From Candidatus Undivivens industriae (GTDB taxonomy: Bacteria > Omnitrophota > Gorgyraeia > Gygaellales > Profunditerraquicolaceae): a DNA stretch of 64,000 bases. Under the pieces are notes generated by a model that searched no databases, had not been told where the DNA came from, and saw only the letters and a list, made by a program, of their open reading frames with translations. Below are positions 9,612 through 20,452 of the stretch, piece by piece (the stretch's first letter is position 1; every line of letters starts with the position of its first letter). The translations under genes and the position numbers were made by a program. The DNA is taken from contig JAAYZR010000015.1 in the NCBI GenBank assembly GCA_012514745.1, positions 7,479-71,478 on the forward strand. The letters are read 5' to 3'.

Positions 9612-10049
9612 TTAACTCCCTATCAATCTCTCGGCGATCTGTTCAAAAGCCGGCTGGGAATTCCGGCAGAATTCCTGCCATCTTTCCTTGTCCCATATTT
9701 CTATGCGGGTAGAGACGCCGACTAACACGACTTCGTTTTTTATTCCGGCAAAATCCTTGAGGGACGCCGGCAGGAGTATGCGCCCCTGTCCATCCGGCAC
9801 CACTTCAAAAGCTCCGGAGAAATAAAGACGGTTGAAGGTCCTGGCTTCCTGTCTGGTAAAAGAGAGTTCTTTCAGGCGGGACTCGTTGATGCGCCATTCA
9901 TCCTCCGAGAACATAAAAAGACATTTCTCGAAACCGCGGTTCAGGAAAAATTTCTCTATAGAATTGGCTTTCGCCGTTTCGCGAAATTTAGACGGCAGGA
10001 TAATACGCCCTTTGCGGTCTATGGAGTGTTGATATTCTCCGTAAAACAT
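9612..10049 (-). CDS. mraZ: Division/cell wall cluster transcriptional repressor
   Basis: MFYGEYQHSIDRKGRIILP...DGQGRILLP...IEIW. Start at ATG 10049; the longer ORF reads through the promoter. Confidence 0.96.
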   Translation of the reverse strand: MFYGEYQHSIDRKGRIILPSKFRETAKANSIEKFFLNRGFEKCLFMFSEDEWRINESRLKELSFTRQEARTFNRLYFSGAFEVVPDGQGRILLPASLKDFAGIKNEVVLVGVSTRIEIWDKERWQEFCRNSQPAFEQIAERLIGS

Positions 10050-10060
10050 AGACCATCCTT

Positions 10061-10095
10061 TCCACTTTAAGCCACTTTGTTCCACCAGTATCCAC
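10061..10095 (-). promoter_or_regulatory. MraZ operator (dcw box): four GTGG(A/C) repeats at exact 10-bp spacing
   Basis: Plus strand TCCAC 10061, GCCAC 10071, TCCAC 10081, TCCAC 10091, lying between the promoter and the mraZ start. Confidence 0.88.
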
Positions 10096-10096
10096 A

Positions 10097-10124
10097 AGTA
10101 TAACAAATTGCCTTTTAATGTCAA
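10097..10124 (-). promoter_or_regulatory. Sigma70-type promoter of the dcw cluster
   Basis: TTGACA-16 nt-TATACT with extended TGn, directly upstream of the MraZ boxes. Confidence 0.75.
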
Positions 10125-10300
10125 GGCAAAAATGCATAGAAAAGTCCTTTTTTTATTCTTGTTAATCGAAGCAAAAGTTAGTTGTAGAAACAAATTCTAC
10201 TTCCTGCAAACAAACGGAAGGGACCGAGAAAAAACCTTTTATGTCCGGAGCGGGGATCCAGTCTCTCGGAGCTGATCCTTCAACACATCCTGGTATGGGC

Positions 10301-11338
10301 CTATCGGGTTACTTCGGATGAACTGCGGATAAGAGATCTTTTATTGCGGCTTCCGGCTCCTCGATTTTTCTTACTTTTACCAGCGCCGTTAACACGACAC
10401 CCGGGAGCGGTTTTTATATTGAGTTTCCCACGAAAAAACCCTCTTGCTTTCTCCACATCCTTCGCTATCTGTTCTTTCAACGCGGCAACGGAAGGAAATT
10501 TTCTGTCTCTACGCATCATACGGAGAAAATTTATCGAAAGATCATATCCGTAGAGGTCACGCGCGCAATCGAAGATATACACCTCGATGCGTCTTTCGCT
10601 CCCCTTCCCCAGAGTCGGCCGCCTGCCGATATAACAGAGGCCGTTGAGCGGCCGTGACCGGCCGGGGATGTCCGGCAGGACATTCACCGAGTATACGCCG
10701 GCAGGAGGGAGTATCTCGTGATGAGGATCTATGTTCGCCGTCGGAAAACCTATCCGCCTCCCGAATCTGTCCCCTTTTATCACCGTCCCGTATACGCTCA
10801 CCGGCCTGCCCAGCATACGCTCCGCCTCGTTCAGCTTCCCTGCCAGGATGAATTTTCTTATCAACGTGCTGCTGACCGGCCTGCCTCCGCAACGCATCCT
10901 TGGGAACACGCGCACCCCGAAACCCAGTTTTCGGCCGAAGGCTCTCAACAAACCGACTCCGCCGGCCGCGCCTCTGCCGAAACGAAAATTATCGCCCACG
11001 TAAACATGGCGCGCGTTCAATCTCGCATATATGATATCCTTGAGGAACTCTTCCGCCGTAAGCGCGGAGAAGGCCGAAGAGAAATCCAGCACGACGCAGA
11101 CGTCTATGCCGCATTCGGCGATAAGCTTTATCCTGTGCGCCAGCGAATAAAGACTTTTTTGGCTCTGCGGATGGGGATAAAAAGTCAAGGCCACCGATGT
11201 CCCGCCGGACGCCCCGGCCTTTTTCGCCGCCGACTCCAGTATGCGGCGGTGGGCAAAGTGCACCCCGTCGAAAACCCCTATCGCCACAACCGGGGAGGGA
11301 CGACGAAAAAAACGCGGCAGGCCCGAAAAAACCTTCAT
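10301..11338 (-). CDS. ribF: Bifunctional riboflavin kinase/FAD synthetase
   Basis: IGVFDGVH, FYPHP, GDNFRFG, VSSTLIR and GFPTAN motifs; atypical basic C-terminal extension of about 40-45 aa. Confidence 0.95.
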   Translation of the reverse strand: MKVFSGLPRFFRRPSPVVAIGVFDGVHFAHRRILESAAKKAGASGGTSVALTFYPHPQSQKSLYSLAHRIKLIAECGIDVCVVLDFSSAFSALTAEEFLKDIIYARLNARHVYVGDNFRFGRGAAGGVGLLRAFGRKLGFGVRVFPRMRCGGRPVSSTLIRKFILAGKLNEAERMLGRPVSVYGTVIKGDRFGRRIGFPTANIDPHHEILPPAGVYSVNVLPDIPGRSRPLNGLCYIGRRPTLGKGSERRIEVYIFDCARDLYGYDLSINFLRMMRRDRKFPSVAALKEQIAKDVEKARGFFRGKLNIKTAPGCRVNGAGKSKKNRGAGSRNKRSLIRSSSEVTR

Positions 11339-12300
11339 AAGATCTTCCCTTTTACCGCCGATAGAACTTTTCTCACCGCTGCTTTCATTCCCCCGGCGAC
11401 GGTGCAGCCGCTGGCAGTGGCGTGCCCGCCGCCGCCGAACATTCCGGCGATATTATTCACGTCTATCCTGCCGCGCGAACGGAAGTTCACGCGGATACCT
11501 CCTTGGACGCCGAAATTCTCCCTGAAAAGCACGACCACCTCCGCCTCTTTGACGGAACGCGCGTAGCTCAATATCTGCTCGGTCAGATCCATTGACATCC
11601 TGCGCCTGGGCATCATGCTCCTCTCCACCGCGAACCAGACAAGTTTACCCGATTGGTCTTTCTTCATCGTGCCCAGGATGCGCGCCAACGCCTGCATATC
11701 GGAAAAAGAAGACGCCTCATAGATCCTTCTGTAAACGTCGGCGGGGGCTGCCCCGCAACGCATCATCTCCGCCGCAGCGAGATGGGTCCTGTCGGAGGTG
11801 TTCGTGTAACGAAAAGAACCCGTATCGGTCATTATCCCGGTGTATAAAAGCAGGGCGCTGTCTCTATCGAAAGGAACTTTCATTTTGCGGTAAAGATCGT
11901 AGATCATCTCGCTCGCCGACGAGCTGGAAGGATCCACCCAATTGACGCTGCCGAACTTCACGTTGCTGACGTGGTGGTCTATGTTCAGGACGCACTGCGC
12001 GCCGCGCGCCGCCTCCCCCGCCTTACCGCACCTCTTGAGGTCGGAACAATCCACGGCGACGAAACAGTCGAAACCTGAAAGCGGGCGTGCCGGCGTCCGC
12101 GTTATGCGCGAAGTCCCGGGCAGAAACGAATAAACCTGGGGAACGGGATCGTCGTTAATCACCGCCGTCTTCTTCCCCAGTTTCTCCGCCAGCAGGCAAA
12201 ACGCCAGGGCTGCCCCCACCGCATCCCCCTCCATATTCACATGCATGGTAACCAGGAAACTCTTGTTATCCCGTATGCACTCAACAGCTTTTTTCATCAT
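11335..12300 (-). CDS. nrnA: DHH-DHHA1 oligoribonuclease/pAp phosphatase
   Basis: NIDHH, TDTGSF and GGGHATASG motifs; follows rbfA. Confidence 0.9.
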   Translation of the reverse strand: MMKKAVECIRDNKSFLVTMHVNMEGDAVGAALAFCLLAEKLGKKTAVINDDPVPQVYSFLPGTSRITRTPARPLSGFDCFVAVDCSDLKRCGKAGEAARGAQCVLNIDHHVSNVKFGSVNWVDPSSSSASEMIYDLYRKMKVPFDRDSALLLYTGIMTDTGSFRYTNTSDRTHLAAAEMMRCGAAPADVYRRIYEASSFSDMQALARILGTMKKDQSGKLVWFAVERSMMPRRRMSMDLTEQILSYARSVKEAEVVVLFRENFGVQGGIRVNFRSRGRIDVNNIAGMFGGGGHATASGCTVAGGMKAAVRKVLSAVKGKIL

Positions 12301-12640
12301 CTTTACGCCCTTTCAATTCATTCAATATCTCCTCGATATGCATGCTGTATTCGCTGGAACGATCCACCTTAAATACCATCTCCGGGCTGAAACGCAATTT
12401 AATCCTCTCGGAGACCAGCTTGCGGATGAACCCCAACGCAGACTCAAGCGCTTCGCCGCTCTTTTTGCGCGTCGCCTCTTCTCCCAGCACGCTGTAAAAG
12501 ATCTTGGCAAAACGCAAGTCGTCGGTAAGCTCCACCCTGGTGATGGTGATAAACCCCAGCCTGGGGTCTTTCATCTCGTTATGTATTATGTTGCTCACTT
12601 CTCTCTTTATCGCCTGGGAAACTTTATCGCTCCTGCTCAT
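12281..12640 (-). CDS. rbfA: Ribosome-binding factor A
   Basis: KDPRLGFITITRVELTDDLRFAKIF...GFIR...LRFSPE. Confidence 0.96.
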   Translation of the reverse strand: MSRSDKVSQAIKREVSNIIHNEMKDPRLGFITITRVELTDDLRFAKIFYSVLGEEATRKKSGEALESALGFIRKLVSERIKLRFSPEMVFKVDRSSEYSMHIEEILNELKGRKDDEKSC

Positions 12641-13952
12641 TTCGGCCCGCTCCTTTCACTTCCCTGTCCGCGGCGGCGTACCTGCGTATCAAACTGCGCG
12701 CCAGGGCCAGTTCATCCTGCCTGCTTTGCACTTCTCCGTTAAGCCTGGCCTCGAGCACGGCGGAAAATATCCGCTGGTAAAGCGGCCCCGGCCCGCAGCC
12801 AAGCTGATGTATATCCCTGCCGTTTATACGAATGGGCATCCCGTTATAAAAACAGAGAAAGTCTTCTATGTTTTTTCTGAACTGCCCGCCGCCGTGTTTT
12901 ATGCTCAAGAAAAGTATGCTTTCGTAACTCAACGGCTCGAGTATCGAATATATTTCCGACGGCCTGGCGCGCGCGGAATGAAGCCGCTTCAGGCGCGCCG
13001 CGCCGAGCTGTTTGACTGCCAGGACTCTTTTTTCGTCGCCTCGGCGCATGCCGAACCTGCGGCAGAATTCCACCGTCTGGGCTGCCGTTAAGGCGTCCAG
13101 AAGGATCATCAGATTGACCACCCAGATATCCGGACGCCTGCGGTGCGGCAGTCTTAGGCTGAACCAGGCGTCCCTTGCAGGGACGCGCCTGAATAAAGAA
13201 CATTCTTCCCTGCCGAGGGAAACCCGCGGATGCAGAAAATCCAAACCCGCCGTGCGTTCAAGCCTGCGCAGTTGTCTGCAGGGGGACTTCTCTTTAAGCA
13301 TCAACAGCAGTTCGTCGCGCAGCCTGTGCGGATGCACGGAATGGAGCATCCCGGCACCGGCGGATTTTTTCAATAAGGACAGTGTTCTCGGCTCTATCCT
13401 GAAACCATACCTCTGTTCGAACCGGACGGCACGCAGGATGCGGGTCGGATCGTCAATAAAACTCTCCTTATGCAATACCCGTATCTTCCCTGCCTTTAAG
13501 TCGCTCAGCCCGCCGAAGGTATCGATCAACCTGCCGAAATCACCATCGTTTATGCTGGCCGCCATGGCGTTGATCGTGAAATCCCTGCGGTAAAGATCGT
13601 CCCCTATCGTCCCCGGTTTGACCGAAGGCAGGGAAGCCGGCACCGGATAAGTCTCGGTCCTGGCGGTGGCCACGTCGACCTTCAGGCCGCCGTGCGCGAC
13701 GGTCGCGGTCCCAAACCTGTGGTGGTGGACAACATTTCCCTTGAGCAATACCGCCAATTTCCGCGCCGTTTTCATCCCGTCTCCCTCAACTACGAAATCG
13801 AGGTCGTAACTGTCGGCACGCAATAAAAGGTCCCGCACGCAACCGCCTACCAGGAATATTCTGCCGCCGCTGTCTTCCGCCGCTGCGGCCGCGAGGCCGA
13901 TCGCATCCCGGGCATCCTCAGGTAATTTTAACAGAAGCCGGTCAATCTTCAT
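12624..13952 (-). CDS. cca: tRNA nucleotidyltransferase (CCA- or A-adding class II enzyme)
   Basis: VGGCVRD..DLD, DVATAR, RRDFTINAMA and DDPTRILRAVRFEQR motifs. Confidence 0.88.
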   Translation of the reverse strand: MKIDRLLLKLPEDARDAIGLAAAAAEDSGGRIFLVGGCVRDLLLRADSYDLDFVVEGDGMKTARKLAVLLKGNVVHHHRFGTATVAHGGLKVDVATARTETYPVPASLPSVKPGTIGDDLYRRDFTINAMAASINDGDFGRLIDTFGGLSDLKAGKIRVLHKESFIDDPTRILRAVRFEQRYGFRIEPRTLSLLKKSAGAGMLHSVHPHRLRDELLLMLKEKSPCRQLRRLERTAGLDFLHPRVSLGREECSLFRRVPARDAWFSLRLPHRRRPDIWVVNLMILLDALTAAQTVEFCRRFGMRRGDEKRVLAVKQLGAARLKRLHSARARPSEIYSILEPLSYESILFLSIKHGGGQFRKNIEDFLCFYNGMPIRINGRDIHQLGCGPGPLYQRIFSAVLEARLNGEVQSRQDELALARSLIRRYAAADREVKGAGRNEQER

Positions 13953-14045
13953 ATTCCCCCCAGTCTAATACATTGTTACAAAAGTTTTCTTAGTGTTTGA
14001 TAATCGAAAGCAGAAAGTCGACCGCAAACGAGAACTTCCATCTAA

Positions 14046-14097
14046 GCGGAGCCCCTCGGGCTAAACAGGCCGGGGATTTCCGGGCGAGGGGATTAAA
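14046..14097 (-). mobile_element. Minimal non-autonomous IS200/IS605-like element (PATE-like), nested in the REP-B extended element
   Basis: Minus strand TTTAATCCCCTCGCCCGGAAATCCCCGG...TTTAGCCCGAGGGGCTCCGC matches both ends of 49402-49722; absent from the homologous site near 27825. Confidence 0.7.
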
Positions 14098-14124
14098 TCT
14101 CGATTTTCTACTCTCCATTACTCC

Positions 14125-14161
14125 GTGCGCTGTTTAAAGAAATTATTTAACAGCGCACTAC
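14125..14161 (-). repeat. REP-B GTAG hairpin at the xerD stop (part of an extended element of about 13969-14161)
   Basis: GTAG-TGCGCTGTT...AACAGCGCAC; downstream sequence is homologous to 27760-27858. Confidence 0.85.
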
Positions 14162-15045
14162 GGCCTGGGATGGAACATCTTGTGCACAGATTTCAGCCGG
14201 TCTTTATTGATATGCGTGTATATCTGCGTCGTGGAGATATTCGAGTGCCCCAGCATCTCCTGAACCGAACGCAGGTCCGCCCCGCGCTCAAGAAGGTGCG
14301 TGGCGAAGGAATGCCTCAACAGGTGCGGTTTGATCTCTTTCTTGATGCCCGCCTTCAAGGCGTAGCTTTTGATCATCTTCCAGACCGACTGCCTGGAGAG
14401 GCGCCGCCCCAATCTGCTGACAAACATATAATCGCTCTGTTTCTTCCCAAGCATCTTCCGGCGGCTCTTCTCGAGATAAAACCTGACGCTCTCGACCGCC
14501 TTACCGCCGAGAGGCACAACCCTTTCCTTGTTGCCCTTGCCGATACAACGCAGAAACCCGACATCCATGTTCACCGACCCGGTCTTGAGATCGACCGCCT
14601 CGGAAACGCGCATGCCTGTGGCGTAAAGCGTCTCCAGTATTGCCCTGTCTCGTATGCCGCGCGCCCTGCGCAGGTCCGGCTGCGCCAGCAGAGCCTCCAC
14701 TTCCTCCACGGAAAGAGTATCCGGTATCTTCTTCCAGAGTTTCGGGGTATCTACCAACCCCGAAGGGTCATCCTTAAGCACCCTCTCCCGCACCAGAAAA
14801 CGGTAGAACATCCGTATCGCCGCCAGCCGTCTCGCGATGGAATTGGAAGATATGCCGCGCGCCTTCTGGGCAGACATAAACTCCACGATATCGCTGCGCG
14901 TAACCCCGGATAACGCGCCGGCGGAACGCTCGGATAAAAACGCCGCATATTTCTTAAGATCTCCCCGGTAGGAAACGAGCGTATTGAAAGACAGCCCGCG
15001 TTCCACGGAAAGATAATTCAGAAAGGTTTCCACCAGCTCTTTCAT
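14158..15045 (-). CDS. xerD: Tyrosine recombinase XerD
   Basis: ERGLSFNT, LYATGMRVSE, GKGNKER, HLLRHSFATHLL and LGHSNISTTQIYTH motifs. Confidence 0.93.
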   Translation of the reverse strand: MKELVETFLNYLSVERGLSFNTLVSYRGDLKKYAAFLSERSAGALSGVTRSDIVEFMSAQKARGISSNSIARRLAAIRMFYRFLVRERVLKDDPSGLVDTPKLWKKIPDTLSVEEVEALLAQPDLRRARGIRDRAILETLYATGMRVSEAVDLKTGSVNMDVGFLRCIGKGNKERVVPLGGKAVESVRFYLEKSRRKMLGKKQSDYMFVSRLGRRLSRQSVWKMIKSYALKAGIKKEIKPHLLRHSFATHLLERGADLRSVQEMLGHSNISTTQIYTHINKDRLKSVHKMFHPRP

Positions 15046-15078
15046 ATCGTGATTTTAGTCCCGGGCGATATCACCTGA

Positions 15079-15699
15079 TCAGCGCAAAAAAGGATTCTTC
15101 CTTTTCTCCTCGCCTATGGTAGTGCTTTCCCCGTGACCGGGATAGACCGGGGTGTCTTCGGAGAGCGTCAATATCCGCTCGCGCAAAGACTCCAGCAATG
15201 CATCCCCGTCGCCGCAGGGCAGGTCGCTCCTGCCTATACTTCCGCGGAACAGGCTGTCGCCGCTGAAAAGGATCTTCCGCCCTTCATCTTCGCAAAGAAG
15301 CGCTATACCTCCCGGTGTGTGACCGGGCAGATGGATCACGCGCATCTCAACTCCGCCGGCGGTAATGACCTGGTTATCCTCGAGTTCCCTTATCTCCGCG
15401 GTAACGCTGAAAGGACTTCCCAGCGCAGCGGACATATTCAGCTCCGGTTTAAGCAGAAAAGCCCTGTCGAGCATGTGCACGTATACCGGCAGACCAAACT
15501 CGTTGTCACAGCCGATATGATCGGCGTGGCCGTGCGTATTGATCACGCATTCCGCCGACAGCTTGTGTTTTTCCAGCCGGCGCTTGATAACCCGGATATC
15601 CGCCCCGGGGTCTATCACCGCGGCCTTGCCTCCGGAATGCGCGGCCACGACATAACAATTGGAATCGAGTTCCCCCACCACTATGCGCTCAATCAACAT
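15079..15699 (-). CDS. MBL-fold metallo-hydrolase (glyoxalase II-like)
   Basis: THGHADHIG, PGHTPG, GDSLF..SIGR and YPGHG motifs. Confidence 0.9.
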   Translation of the reverse strand: MLIERIVVGELDSNCYVVAAHSGGKAAVIDPGADIRVIKRRLEKHKLSAECVINTHGHADHIGCDNEFGLPVYVHMLDRAFLLKPELNMSAALGSPFSVTAEIRELEDNQVITAGGVEMRVIHLPGHTPGGIALLCEDEGRKILFSGDSLFRGSIGRSDLPCGDGDALLESLRERILTLSEDTPVYPGHGESTTIGEEKRKNPFLR

Positions 15700-16192
15700 G
15701 CCTTGGGCCCTCTGCGGCGGGAACCATACTGTTGAGATAAACCGATATTTCTTTTTTCAATACTTCAGCCGGATTCCTGAAACTTTCCACCCTATTGCCG
15801 TAAATATCCGACTCGACCCCGCCGCGCAATTTCAAGATCCTGTTTACATACTCCCGTGCGGCAGGCTCTTCGGCGGCACCGGCGATGCCGATACAGGCGC
15901 GCAAATGTTTCAATGATTCATCGAGACAATATAACTGCCGCTTACGGTTCCCTCCGGGAGAAAGCGCGGAAAGGAATTCATCGTACCAACTCCTCCAATA
16001 TAGAAGGTTCTGGCGGTAGAGTTCCTGCGGATCCTGTCCCGGCGCGGAGTACTCCTCCGGAGCCAGCACCATCTCCACCTCGCGCTCCGCGCTCTTTTTA
16101 CGGGTAAACTTCCTGGAAAACGATTCGCAGCCGGCCGTCAATAACATAACCGCGGCCATAACGAACGCTAATACGCGATCGAACGAACGCAT
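15689..16192 (-). CDS. Hypothetical lipoprotein
   Basis: Signal peptide with lipobox LTAGC; GGAGG RBS. Confidence 0.75.
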   Translation of the reverse strand: MRSFDRVLAFVMAAVMLLTAGCESFSRKFTRKKSAEREVEMVLAPEEYSAPGQDPQELYRQNLLYWRSWYDEFLSALSPGGNRKRQLYCLDESLKHLRACIGIAGAAEEPAAREYVNRILKLRGGVESDIYGNRVESFRNPAEVLKKEISVYLNSMVPAAEGPRHVD

Positions 16193-16220
16193 CGACTACC
16201 TCCATTTAGTAAACGGTGAA

Positions 16221-18511
<2,291 letters not shown>

Positions 18512-18638
18512 AGGACCACCCCGGATTTTAATTATAACACGATAATTATGCGAAGAGAAATCAATTCGGAGCGCCCGGCTAAAGGCCGTGGTGCGCTTAT
18601 GATTTTTACAGGTAACTCTTGAAGGGAAGTAAGATCGG

Positions 18639-18962
18639 TCAGAAAAGAAGGGCCAGCGCCTGTTTCACCGTCTGGCCTGCCGCTATACCGAGCTCGGCGG
18701 CTGCCGGACTGCATTCGCTTACTTTGGCTTCCAGGGCCTCCTCTATGGAAGCCGCGCCGGAAAATTTAAAGGCGGCGTCGCCGAATTTAACGACGGCGCC
18801 CATATCCAAATAACCGCACATCCCGTAGCCTTTATTCGCTTTGAGAACAATAAGATTCCTGCCGCCCAGCGGCAGCTGCAAGGCGGTTATTTTATACTTT
18901 GACGGAGCTAAAACCGCGCCGAATTGATCCCCGTTAATGCATATCTCTTTGCTTATCAGCAT
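18639..18962 (-). CDS. YunC/DUF1805 family protein
   Basis: KGYGMCGYLD...A..LGI..G pattern. Confidence 0.75.
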   Translation of the reverse strand: MLISKEICINGDQFGAVLAPSKYKITALQLPLGGRNLIVLKANKGYGMCGYLDMGAVVKFGDAAFKFSGAASIEEALEAKVSECSPAAAELGIAAGQTVKQALALLF

Positions 18963-18996
18963 ACCGAAATATCTACGCGGATGACATTATCTCCGT

Positions 18997-19713
18997 TTAA
19001 GACTGCTCCTCGCTGGATATGCAGGATAAATTACGTTCGATGAAACTTATCAGCTTTTCCTGTCCGGAGCAGGAAAAATTGCAAAACTCCACACCCATGC
19101 CCGGGAATATGTTCTTCTGTATCTGCTTATCCGGCAGCCATACCACCTTGGCCTCCAGTTCCAGATCCTCCTGTTTCGGCGGCAGCTTGATCTTAAGGAC
19201 GACCGCATCCCCCAGCTTTAACTTGTCCACGCCGTACACATAAGCGCCCACCGCGCTGAGATTAAGTATATCCACGTGCGCTTTACCGCCGGCGTATTCC
19301 AGTTCCGCCTTTATATCCAGCGGCAGGCGTTTAAACCTCCTGCGCAGCTGCATCTTCTTTATCTTCTCTATAATACGATCCTCGCGGAAGCTGTTTTCCG
19401 CCAGATCCAGAGAAGGGTACATCTCTATCGTTCTGTCCAATCCGGAGACCGAGAAAACGTTCTTCAAGTGCGAAGGGATACAGCAAAAACGCATCCTGCC
19501 GTTGTTGTTCACCACTTCCTTATAGGCGATGATGACTACGGAAATCCCCATATAATCCACCGATTCCACTTCCTCGAAATTACAGAGGATGTCGGTATAC
19601 CCGTCTCTCAGGCATTGCCCGACGGTCTCGATGAAATTGGCGGAATCGACGTCCACCTTGCCGATCAACTCCATTAGGATTATCCCGTTCTTAAGCCCGA
19701 CGCGTATGTCCAT
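18997..19713 (-). CDS. STAS (anti-sigma antagonist-like) plus PilZ domain fusion protein
   Basis: N-terminal STAS pattern (GKVDVD...VDYMG...VFSVSGLD); C-terminal RRFKR...NLSAVG...AKVVW...GMGVEF PilZ motifs. Confidence 0.82.
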   Translation of the reverse strand: MDIRVGLKNGIILMELIGKVDVDSANFIETVGQCLRDGYTDILCNFEEVESVDYMGISVVIIAYKEVVNNNGRMRFCCIPSHLKNVFSVSGLDRTIEMYPSLDLAENSFREDRIIEKIKKMQLRRRFKRLPLDIKAELEYAGGKAHVDILNLSAVGAYVYGVDKLKLGDAVVLKIKLPPKQEDLELEAKVVWLPDKQIQKNIFPGMGVEFCNFSCSGQEKLISFIERNLSCISSEEQS

Positions 19714-19800
19714 GATTGTCTCTCCCGAGAGCTTAACGGCTGCCGCCGTATGTTGAAAGGTTACCTCGTATATCTAAATTATAACACAAAAACTCCGCTT

Positions 19801-20181
19801 TCACCGTTTCTCCCGCACGAAGAATTCCGCGGCGGCGGCGGCGATCTCCGCCTTTTCGCGGTTGAACACCTCGACCTGCAAGGTCACGATATTCTTGCGC
19901 ACGCGGATTATCCTGGCCTCGGCAAAGATATCACCCAGCGCCTGTTTCAGGAATCTGATGGTAAACTTCACCGTGAGGAAACTGCTCCCGGCATACCTGA
20001 CCAGCAGAGCGTTGGCCGCGGCGGTGTCGGCTAAAGCGGCTATGGCCCCTCCGTGCAAACTGCCGTGCGGATTGGTAAACCTCCGGCGGAAAGGAAGCTT
20101 CAGCAGGGCCCGCCCGTCCTCCAGTTTCAGCACCTGTATGCCCAATAATCTCTCGAATTCAGCCTGGACTTTCTTTTCCAT
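19801..20181 (-). CDS. PaaI family thioesterase
   Basis: NPHGSLHGGAIAALADTA hot-dog fold motif. Confidence 0.9.
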   Translation of the reverse strand: MEKKVQAEFERLLGIQVLKLEDGRALLKLPFRRRFTNPHGSLHGGAIAALADTAAANALLVRYAGSSFLTVKFTIRFLKQALGDIFAEARIIRVRKNIVTLQVEVFNREKAEIAAAAAEFFVREKR

Positions 20182-20187
20182 ATTCTT

Positions 20188-20212
20188 AATTCCGGGGACA
20201 CAATACTTAATT
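20188..20212 (+). repeat. REP-A single copy, left of the RAYT gene
   Basis: AATTCCGGGGACACAATACTTAATT. Confidence 0.95.
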
Positions 20213-20295
20213 CAAGAAAACGACAAGAAATCGTGTTAGATTTTACCATTTTCTTGCGTCTATTATAAGAGAATAGAATTATAGCATAAGTTTCT

Positions 20296-20320
20296 AATTC
20301 CGGGGACACAATACTTAATT
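20296..20320 (+). repeat. REP-A single copy, left of the RAYT gene
   Basis: AATTCCGGGGACACAATACTTAATT, in direct orientation to 20188. Confidence 0.95.
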
Positions 20321-20452
20321 CCCCTTCTCAAATTATACGGCTCCGCGGGATACCGTTTGTTCTCGGAAGGATTTTCTTGAGATAGCGGCCAAACCTCATC
20401 TGCTCCATAAATGGCGCGCTTTTTGTATAAACCAACAAGAAGGAGGCTTTCA

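Noticed and set aside
10200-10345. RNase P RNA, SRP RNA or SAM-I riboswitch upstream of mraZ
   Set aside because: No GAGGAAAGTCC, no SRP GGAAGG/AGCAG loop, and no SAM-I core beyond a CTCTTATC look-alike.
14158-15045. Tyrosine recombinase as a prophage or island integrase
   Set aside because: The sequence matches chromosomal XerD and the neighbours are housekeeping genes.
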